Positions 18,266 through 25,894 of a stretch of DNA of 27,794 nucleotides are shown piece by piece. Under the pieces are notes generated by a model. It made no database searches and was not told where the DNA came from. It was given only the letters and a program-made list of their open reading frames with translations. The stretch is from assembly GCA_964447495.1 (NCBI GenBank), contig CAYUTF010000039.1, forward strand, positions 1 through 27,794. Direction: 5' to 3'. A program made the position numbers and the translations under genes. The stretch is from an uncultured archaeon (lineage in GTDB: Archaea > Asgardarchaeota > Lokiarchaeia > Sigyniarchaeales > SOKP01). How positions within the stretch are numbered: the stretch's first letter is position 1; every line of letters starts with the position of its first letter.

Positions 18266-20395
18266 TTACAAAATTATTAATCCTCCAAAATTTAGGAAGA
18301 TTGGAGCAAAAGCAATTGATACGGTATTTATTACTTTAACTAATATATGAAGAGATGGACCTGCTGTGTCTTTTAATGGATCACCAAAAGTATCCCCAAC
18401 AATTGAGGCCGAGTGTGCAACTGAACCTTTTCCTCCCATAAGACCTCCTTCAATAGCTTTTTTAGCGTTATCGAGGGCTCCACCTCCCGTATTTAACACA
18501 AATCCAAGAATAATTCCTGAGATGGTCCCAGAGATTAAAAAAGCGGCTAATGCTACGGGTCCAAATAAAAATCCTAATATTATCGGAGTTAATGTAGGGA
18601 GTAATGCAGGTATTATCATTTGCTTTAAGGCAACTTTTGTTCCTATATCAATACATTTTGCATAATCAGGTAAGGTCTTTCCTTCTAATATTCCAGGATC
18701 TTCTTTAAATTGTCGTTGTATCTCTTTAATCATACCATGTGCAGCCACCCCTGCGGATCTAATTGCTAATGCTGAAAATAAGTAAGGAATTACCGATCCT
18801 ATTAATAATGCGCATAAAACAATAGGAAGATAGATATTAACATCGAGCGTCTTAACTTCTTCTAAATAGGCTTCAAATAGTATAATAGCGGATAAGGCAG
18901 CACATGTGATACCAAAACCCTTTGCTAATGCTTTAGTTGTATTCCCAACTGCATCAAGCTTATCTAAATTATTTCGTACTTGTTCTCCTTGATGTGACAT
19001 CTCTGCAATTCCTGCTGCATTATCCGATACTGGTCCAAATCCATCGAAAGCTAAAATAATGGTTGTGATCGACAATAAGCCCATTGTTGTGACAGTTATT
19101 CCAAATACACCGCCTAAATACGGTTCAATAAACAAACTGGGTGGATTGCTCAGATTCCATGTATTGGCAAAAAGCTCACCAAGAAAAAAACTAATAATGA
19201 TTCCTGCAACAAATGAGATTACTGGAATAATTGGTGATTCTAAACCTAAAGAAAAACCACTTATCACATTGGTAGCCGCACCAGTTTCTGAACTTTTTAT
19301 GATACGTTTTACAGGTTTATATCTTGAGGATGTGTAATAATCGACGATAAAATAAGTTGATAGTCCTAATCCTATTCCTAAAATAGAACAGATGAATAAG
19401 AATAACCAACCTGTTTGAAAGCTAATAATTGTTAATATTAGAAAAGAAATAACATTAAAAATCGCTGTATAGATAAGACTTCTTTCGAAAGCAGCGATAG
19501 GAGATTTATCCTTTTTTTTAATATTAACAAAATGTCCTCCAAAAATGCCTGCGATATTACCTATAGCTCTTGAAATTAAGGAAAAAATAATGAATAAGGG
19601 ATTTTGTGTAGCAACACTTAATGTAACTCCTATTATCATTGCCGCAATATTATTTGCTGATGAAGATTCATAGAGATCTGCCCCTCTACCAGCGCAGTCT
19701 CCGACATTATCCCCCACATTATCTGCTATAGCTGCAGGATTCCGTATATCATCCTCAGGTAAGCCATGTTCTAATTTTCCGACTAAGTCCGCTCCTATAT
19801 CTGCTCCTTTTGTAAATATTCCTCCCCCCAATTGAGCGAATAACGCAGAGAATGAGGCTCCGAAAGCAAATCCAACAATATTTTGAGTGTTGAAATTAAA
19901 TATGATATATAAAATACTAATTCCTAATAAGGAAATTGAAATCACAGAAACCCCTATAACCATTCCGGCATTAAATCCTATCTTTAAGGCACTATTCAAA
20001 TCAGTTTTACAAGCTTGGGTTACCTTTACATTTGTTAAAGTGGATGCAACCATACTAATATAACTCGCGATTAATGATGTAATGGCTCCGATTAGAAAGG
20101 AAATCGCCAAGATTAGATTAACAAATATAAGAATAACAAAAATAATGGCTAATACAATTGAAATTGTTTTAAATTGTCTTTTTAAATATGTATTAGAACC
20201 CAATTTTATTAAATCATGGACTTTCTTCATATCTTCAGTACCGTCATCTAATCTTCTTAATTTCTTCATTATCCAAAAGATATAAGCCAATCCAACGATA
20301 GAAAGGACAATAACTAACAAAAAGAATATCCAATAGACGGAAGCAACAAAAGTACTAACTTTATTAAAATCAAAATCCTGAAACATTTTCTTCAA
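18266..20395 (-). CDS. hppA: Membrane H+-translocating pyrophosphatase, K+-independent type
   Basis: GGGIFTKGADIGADLVGK, EDDIRNPAAIADNVGDNVGDCAG, GPVSDNAAGIAEM, GNTTKA (Lys marks K+-independence), DNAKK, GDPLKDTAGPS. Start is TTG 20395 or ATG 20386. Confidence 0.97.
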   Translation of the reverse strand: MKKMFQDFDFNKVSTFVASVYWIFFLLVIVLSIVGLAYIFWIMKKLRRLDDGTEDMKKVHDLIKLGSNTYLKRQFKTISIVLAIIFVILIFVNLILAISFLIGAITSLIASYISMVASTLTNVKVTQACKTDLNSALKIGFNAGMVIGVSVISISLLGISILYIIFNFNTQNIVGFAFGASFSALFAQLGGGIFTKGADIGADLVGKLEHGLPEDDIRNPAAIADNVGDNVGDCAGRGADLYESSSANNIAAMIIGVTLSVATQNPLFIIFSLISRAIGNIAGIFGGHFVNIKKKDKSPIAAFERSLIYTAIFNVISFLILTIISFQTGWLFLFICSILGIGLGLSTYFIVDYYTSSRYKPVKRIIKSSETGAATNVISGFSLGLESPIIPVISFVAGIIISFFLGELFANTWNLSNPPSLFIEPYLGGVFGITVTTMGLLSITTIILAFDGFGPVSDNAAGIAEMSHQGEQVRNNLDKLDAVGNTTKALAKGFGITCAALSAIILFEAYLEEVKTLDVNIYLPIVLCALLIGSVIPYLFSALAIRSAGVAAHGMIKEIQRQFKEDPGILEGKTLPDYAKCIDIGTKVALKQMIIPALLPTLTPIILGFLFGPVALAAFLISGTISGIILGFVLNTGGGALDNAKKAIEGGLMGGKGSVAHSASIVGDTFGDPLKDTAGPSLHILVKVINTVSIAFAPIFLNFGGLIIL

Positions 20396-20620
20396 ATAAT
20401 AAATAATTTTATATTTAAAGTCAGAAATTTCCCTTTTTAAAGATATGGATAAAATTTTATAAGATATTTATAACTTGAAAATTAGACTTTTATTTAAACG
20501 CTAAATATTTAAGAAAGAAAAAAGAAAAATTTTAGTTCTATACATATCAGATTCAAAATTATATAAGTAAAGTTCTATAAATTGCTTCTTGAATACCCTC
20601 TTTTAGCATTAATGTTTTTT

Positions 20621-20637
20621 AAGGGATATACTTATTT
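20621..20637 (+). promoter_or_regulatory. AAGG-N5-MCTTATTT motif, copy 3 (upstream of glgP, in the hppA/glgP divergent region)
   Basis: AAGG-GATAT-A-CTTATTT(A), 60 nt upstream of the proposed ATT start. Confidence 0.55.
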
Positions 20638-20696
20638 ACTTAGAATTGATATTAATTTTCATTATTAAAGAAATATTAGGAAGGTGTTAGTTTAAG

Positions 20697-22406
20697 ATTA
20701 CTATTGAAGAGAAGAATCAAGAAATTGCATATTTTTCTATGGAAATTGCGTTAGAAAGCAGTCTTCCAATTTATTCGGGAGGATTAGGTATTTTAGCGGG
20801 AGATGCACTCCGCTCTGCAGCCGATATGGGATTACCCATGGTTGCTGTTACCTTAACTTATGATGCCGGTTATTTCTATCAACAAATTGGTCCTGATGGA
20901 AGCCAAATCGAAAAAGAAATGGAATGGACTTTTAGTGATGATTTTGAAAAACTCGATCAAGTAGTAATCCTTGAGTTACAAGATAAATTACTTAAAGTGG
21001 AAGCTTGGAAGTATGAATTAGTAGGGAGAAATGGACATATCATCCCGGTAATCTTATTAGACACTGATCTTGCTGAGAATGAACCATGGCAAAGAAAGTT
21101 AACTCATGTCTTATATGATGCCAAACCATTTGATCGAATTGTCCAAGAAATGGTTCTTGGTATTTGTGGTTGTAGAATGTTAAAAAAATTAGGTTTTGAT
21201 AATATAAAGACTTATCATCTTAATGAAGGGCATGCGGCATTTCTTATTTTTGAACTCTTAGAAAAATATAAAAATTTAGAGGAGGTTAAGAAACATTGCG
21301 TATTTACGACACATACTCCTGTCAGAGCAGGTCTTGAAGAATTTGATTATAATTTAGTGGATGATGTTTTTAGAAAACGCCTCCCAGAGAAGATTCATGA
21401 TTTTGCTGGAAAAGATAGGCTCAATATGACAATTCTTGCTTTAAATGCAAGTGGATTTGTGAATGGGGTTTCAAAAAAACATGCTGAAATCTCTAATAGA
21501 ATGTTCCCAAATTATAATATTAAACAAATAACAAACGGAATTCATCCTGGATATTGGCTATCACCCTATATGAGGGATTTTTTAAATGAAGAATTTTCAA
21601 GAGTCTGGCACCATAATTTTCACCTTTTCGATAATGCTTTAAATTTAGATAGCTATGAATTATGGAGAGCACATAATAAAGCTAAGAGCAGATTAATTGA
21701 ATATGAAAAATCGCATTCATGGATTTTGTTTGAGGAAAATTTGTTGACTATTGGATTCGGTCGCAGAATAGCTGAATATAAGCGACCGCTTTTGATTTTC
21801 ACTGATATAGAACGATTAGCTAAGACAATTAAGAAAAAAGCACAAATTATCTATACAGGAAAAGCTCACCCTGCAGATATACTCTCTAAATCTTACATAA
21901 AAAAGATTAGTGAGTATAGTACTTATTTATGGAATTCTTATGATATAGGACTTGTATTTTTAGAAAATTATGAAATTAATTTAGCAAAATTGTTGGTTAG
22001 TGGAGTAGATTTGTGGCTTAACAATCCTAGAAGATATTTAGAAGCAAGTGGGACAAGTGGAATGAAAGCTGCTATTAATGGAGTTCTTAATTTATCCACA
22101 TTAGATGGATGGTGGATTGAAGGTTATTATATGTCCGATAAAAAGGCAGGATGGGCGATAGGTCCTGAACCAACTGACCCAAAAGCCGAAAAATTAGATG
22201 ACTCTTTTGATGCTGATGATTTATATAATAAACTGGACAAAGAAATTATTCCATTATTTTACAAAAAACAAGATGAATGGCGAGAAAGAATGAAATATGC
22301 AATAAAATTAGGGACTTACTTCAATACGAATCGTATGATGGAAGAATATGCTTTGAAGTCTTATCAATTAGTAAAACAACCAATATGGAAAAGTAAGGTA
22401 ATCTAA
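20697..22406 (+). CDS. glgP: Alpha-glucan (glycogen/maltodextrin) phosphorylase, short GT35 type; probable ATT start at 20697 (track start is ATG 20739)
   Basis: IAYFSMEIALES..IYSGGLGILAGD, HLNEGHAA, FTTHTP, NGVSKKH, ITNGIH, RRIAEYKR, GKAHP, EASGTSGMK (PLP Lys), LDGWWIEG. The conserved IAYFS lies upstream of the first ATG; AGGAAGGTG SD at 20678-20686. Confidence 0.95.
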   Translation: MTIEEKNQEIAYFSMEIALESSLPIYSGGLGILAGDALRSAADMGLPMVAVTLTYDAGYFYQQIGPDGSQIEKEMEWTFSDDFEKLDQVVILELQDKLLKVEAWKYELVGRNGHIIPVILLDTDLAENEPWQRKLTHVLYDAKPFDRIVQEMVLGICGCRMLKKLGFDNIKTYHLNEGHAAFLIFELLEKYKNLEEVKKHCVFTTHTPVRAGLEEFDYNLVDDVFRKRLPEKIHDFAGKDRLNMTILALNASGFVNGVSKKHAEISNRMFPNYNIKQITNGIHPGYWLSPYMRDFLNEEFSRVWHHNFHLFDNALNLDSYELWRAHNKAKSRLIEYEKSHSWILFEENLLTIGFGRRIAEYKRPLLIFTDIERLAKTIKKKAQIIYTGKAHPADILSKSYIKKISEYSTYLWNSYDIGLVFLENYEINLAKLLVSGVDLWLNNPRRYLEASGTSGMKAAINGVLNLSTLDGWWIEGYYMSDKKAGWAIGPEPTDPKAEKLDDSFDADDLYNKLDKEIIPLFYKKQDEWRERMKYAIKLGTYFNTNRMMEEYALKSYQLVKQPIWKSKVI

Positions 22407-22472
22407 TTAAAAATACATTCTTGCTAAAAAAATAAAGATAATTTAAAAGAGTATAAAATCTTGCCTAAATTA

Positions 22473-22530
22473 AAGGAGGATCTATCTTTCCTTACGAATT
22501 ATTAAAATTAAAATCCCTTTTTTTTATTTT
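22473..22530 (+). terminator. Possible terminator after glgP (imperfect hairpin followed by a T-tract)
   Basis: AAGGAGGAT-CT-ATCTTTCCTT followed by CCCTTTTTTTTATTTT. Confidence 0.3.
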
Positions 22531-22642
22531 AATTTATAAATTTTATATAAAATATTTAAAAAGCTAACCTTCTGACCATAATTTGTATTATTTAAATTCC
22601 TGTTCAATTTTAAAATAAATTTATAATGATTTAAAATCTAAA

Positions 22643-25138
22643 ATGAGAAAAACCATGTCTAGTAATATTTTAACTTCAGAACAAGCAAAAACGATGACTA
22701 TAAATGATATATATTCACAACTTTCAACCAACGACAAAGGTTTGAGTGAGAACCAAGCCAAAGAGAGATTAGAGAAATATGGCTATAATGAAATTCCGGA
22801 AAAAAAGGTTAGTCCAATTCTAAAACTGCTCAAAAATTTTTGGGGACCTATTCCTTGGATGATTGAAATTGCTGCGATATTATCTATAATTATACAACCT
22901 CCACGCTGGGACGATTTCGCTATCATAGTTGCAATGCTATTAATAAATAGTATTGTTCGATTTTGGGAAGAAAATAAAGCAGATAACGCAATTGCATTGT
23001 TAAAAGAAAAGTTAGCTTTGAAAGCTGAAGTTCATCGAGAGGGAAAATGGCTTGAAATTGAATCTAGAGAATTAGTTCCGGGAGATATCGTACATCTTAG
23101 ATTAGGAGATATTATCCCTGCAGACATAAAACTTATTAATGGAGACTATCTCACTGTTGATGAATCGGTTTTAACTGGTGAATCCTTACCAGTTGATAAA
23201 AAGATTTCCGATATGGGCTATGAAGGGGCAATAATTCGTCAGGGCGAAATGGATGGAGTTGTAGTAGGAACTGCATTAAATACATTTTTCGGAAAAACAA
23301 CGCAATTAGTTGAACAAGCAAAAACAAAAAGTCATTTTCAAAAAGCAATTGTTAAAATTGGTAATTATCTTATCATTATAGCGGTGGTACTTGTCGCAAT
23401 AGTATTTATTGTTGGATTCATAAGAGACTTATTACCAGGCTCTCTGGTAATAAAGGAAAAAGAGAGTATTTACGGTTTACTCCAATTTACTCTAGTTTTA
23501 ATGATAGCCGCGATCCCAGTGGCATTACCCGCAGTTATGATGGTGTCAATGGCAGTAGGTGCAATGGAATTAGCCAAAAAGAAAGCAATTGTGAGAAAAT
23601 TACTTTCAATTGAAGAAGCTGCTAGTGTAGACGTTCTCTGCTGTGATAAAACGGGTACTTTAACGAAAAATGAAATTTCTATTGCTAAAGTTATACCATT
23701 TGGTAATTATTCGGAGAACGATATAATTCTCTATGGAGGTTTGGCATCAAAAGAGGAGAGTAAGGACCCTATAGATGACGCTTTCTTTGCTAAAATAAAA
23801 GAAGATTCAGAAATCAATTCATTATTTTCAAAATATAATCCTATATCTTTCAAACCTTTTGACCCCGTAAAAAAAAGGACAGAAGCAAAGTTAAAAGATA
23901 ATAACGATAAAGATATTCAAGTTTCTAAAGGAGCTCTTCAAGTTATTTTAGGTTTAGTTAAGAAAGATCAAGTTTTAGAAGATAAAGTCAATGATCAAGG
24001 GAAAGAATTTGCATCTTTAGGATTTAGAGCGCTTGGAGTAGCTAAGTCTGACAATCAAGAACCATGGGAGTATATAGGAATCGTTGCATTACATGATCCC
24101 CCAAGAGAAGATTCATTTGAGACAATAAAAACAGCAAAATCTTTGGGAATAAATGTAAAAATGGTAACAGGAGATCATATAGAAATTGCAAAACAAATAG
24201 CAGGAAATCTTGGAATTGGCACTAATATCGTTGTATCTTCAGAAATTATAGGAAAAGAAGATGAAAATACAATAAGTCTAGTTGAGAGCGCAGACGGTTT
24301 CGCTGAAGTTTATCCAGAACATAAATATCATATTGTAGAACTTCTACAAAAAAAGGATCATGTTGTTGGTATGACTGGTGATGGTGTAAATGATGCACCC
24401 GCTTTAAAGAAAGCCGATATTGGATTTGCAGTTTCCAATGCAACGGATGCGGCAAAATCTGCAGCAGATATTGTTTTAACGGATACTGGAATATCAGTAA
24501 TTATTAAAGCCACTACAGAAAGCCGAAAAATCTTTGAGAGAATGAAAAGCTATGCTGTGTATAGAATTGCAGAAACTGTTCGAATTCTTTTCTTTTTAGT
24601 GCTTTCAATTACAATTTTTGCCATTTATCCTATTACGGCTATAATGATCGTAATTTTAGCACTTTTAAACGATTTACCAATAATGACTATTGCTTTTGAT
24701 AAAACAAGAATAGACCCCTATCCAGTTAGGTGGAGAATGCAAAGAGTTCTCATTTTATCTACTGTTTTAGGTATTACAGGAGTTATTTTTAGTTTTACAA
24801 TCTTTTTAATTGGAAAATTTGTATTTCAACTGAGTTTAGCAGTGTTACAAACATTTATTTTCTTAAAATTAGCCGTCGCAGGACACATGACAATATATCT
24901 TACTCGTACAGAGGAGGATAACTTCTGGAAACGCCCCCTCCCTTCTAAAATCCTCTTTATTACATGTGAGACAACTCAACTAATAGCAACTATTTTCGCT
25001 GCTACAGGAATCTTCATGCCGGCAATAGGTTGGGGCTTAGCAGGCTTTATTTGGCTATTCGCTCTTGGTATGTTTTTCCTCACGAACTTTATAAAAGTTG
25101 CGGTGATCAAATTTTTAAGAAGAAAAGATAAAAAATAA
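22643..25138 (+). CDS. P3A-type plasma-membrane H+-efflux P-type ATPase (PMA1/AHA/MJ1226 family)
   Basis: FWGPIPWMIE, LTGES, IPVALPAV, CCDKTGTLT, PFDPVKKRT, DPPRED, MVTGDH, FAEVYPEHKY, TGDGVNDAPALKKAD, M5 YRIAETVR, M6 LLND proton acceptor. Confidence 0.96.
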   Translation: MRKTMSSNILTSEQAKTMTINDIYSQLSTNDKGLSENQAKERLEKYGYNEIPEKKVSPILKLLKNFWGPIPWMIEIAAILSIIIQPPRWDDFAIIVAMLLINSIVRFWEENKADNAIALLKEKLALKAEVHREGKWLEIESRELVPGDIVHLRLGDIIPADIKLINGDYLTVDESVLTGESLPVDKKISDMGYEGAIIRQGEMDGVVVGTALNTFFGKTTQLVEQAKTKSHFQKAIVKIGNYLIIIAVVLVAIVFIVGFIRDLLPGSLVIKEKESIYGLLQFTLVLMIAAIPVALPAVMMVSMAVGAMELAKKKAIVRKLLSIEEAASVDVLCCDKTGTLTKNEISIAKVIPFGNYSENDIILYGGLASKEESKDPIDDAFFAKIKEDSEINSLFSKYNPISFKPFDPVKKRTEAKLKDNNDKDIQVSKGALQVILGLVKKDQVLEDKVNDQGKEFASLGFRALGVAKSDNQEPWEYIGIVALHDPPREDSFETIKTAKSLGINVKMVTGDHIEIAKQIAGNLGIGTNIVVSSEIIGKEDENTISLVESADGFAEVYPEHKYHIVELLQKKDHVVGMTGDGVNDAPALKKADIGFAVSNATDAAKSAADIVLTDTGISVIIKATTESRKIFERMKSYAVYRIAETVRILFFLVLSITIFAIYPITAIMIVILALLNDLPIMTIAFDKTRIDPYPVRWRMQRVLILSTVLGITGVIFSFTIFLIGKFVFQLSLAVLQTFIFLKLAVAGHMTIYLTRTEEDNFWKRPLPSKILFITCETTQLIATIFAATGIFMPAIGWGLAGFIWLFALGMFFLTNFIKVAVIKFLRRKDKK

Positions 25139-25141
25139 TAA

Positions 25142-25151
25142 TTTTTTTTTT
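25142..25151 (+). terminator. T10 tract immediately after the P3A ATPase stop
   Basis: TAA-TAA followed by ten T residues, in a convergent intergenic region. Confidence 0.5.
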
Positions 25152-25304
25152 AATTTGAAATATTTAATATTAACATTGCTTTGTATTATTTTTTAAATTA
25201 AATTTTATCGAATTTATAAAATAAGTATTGGTATAAACCAAAGGTATAAAATTTAGTACTAATATATGAAAAAAAAGAGATATAAAATGAATATCAGTGT
25301 TAAT

Positions 25305-25778
25305 TCATCTTATAATTAAAATGTCACAAGGTATATGCCTTACAACTTTATCTGCGATGGATCCCAATAATATTTCCTCAAACATAGAATGAGACCCTTT
25401 ACTTCCTAATATAACTAGATCGACCTTTTTTTCCTTAACCATTTTACGGATATAAGAAAAAGGATCATGCTCATAAATTAATCTAGTTTCAATTGATACT
25501 CCCGCCTCCATAAAAACTTCCTTAGCTTTATCTAATATGGCTTGAGCATTTTTTTCATGCATTTCATTTGCCCTCTGAACATCTGGATCTTTAAGGGTAT
25601 AGATATAAGAAAGATCATATGCGGGATGTATTAACATCCCAGCTGTTCCTGTATAATGTTCTACTGAATGAAAAACAATTACCTTGCTTTTTTGACATTT
25701 TTGAATTTCAATTCCTTTTAAAAGGGCATTGTAAGAGTGTTCTGAACCATCAATACCAATTAATATTGTTTTATAAAT
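25305..25778 (-). CDS. Universal stress protein (UspA family), 157 aa, ATT start (track ORF is truncated by 47 aa)
   Basis: The frame extends upstream as (I)YKTILIGIDGSEHSYNAL...VIVFHSV, co-linear with USP1 MYKKILVGIDNS. GGTGAT SD lies 5 nt before ATT, with an in-frame TGA just upstream. C-terminus DLVILGSKG...LGSIADKVVRHIPCDILIIR. Confidence 0.92.
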   Translation of the reverse strand: MYKTILIGIDGSEHSYNALLKGIEIQKCQKSKVIVFHSVEHYTGTAGMLIHPAYDLSYIYTLKDPDVQRANEMHEKNAQAILDKAKEVFMEAGVSIETRLIYEHDPFSYIRKMVKEKKVDLVILGSKGSHSMFEEILLGSIADKVVRHIPCDILIIR

Positions 25779-25894
25779 ATTATATCACCATTTTGAATTT
25801 TATTTAAAATTCGTAAACTATTTTATTAAAAAGTATGGTCTAGGATTTTAATGATAATTATTTAAATTGATCCAAGAAAATTAAAAATTATATC

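Noticed and set aside
15596-20285. Plus-strand ORFs 15596-15982, 18366-18665, 19059-19337 and 20082-20285
   Set aside because: Antisense shadows of hydrophobic segments of the M28 peptidase and hppA.
8508-20395. Na+-coupling of the ATPase or the PPase
   Set aside because: Subunit K lacks the Q...E-S/T ligands, and the PPase has GNTTKA, whereas characterised Na+-PPases are K+-dependent (GNTTAA).
25305-25778. USP2 as a truncated pseudogene
   Set aside because: The frame is intact over the full USP length with a well-placed SD; only the start codon is atypical.
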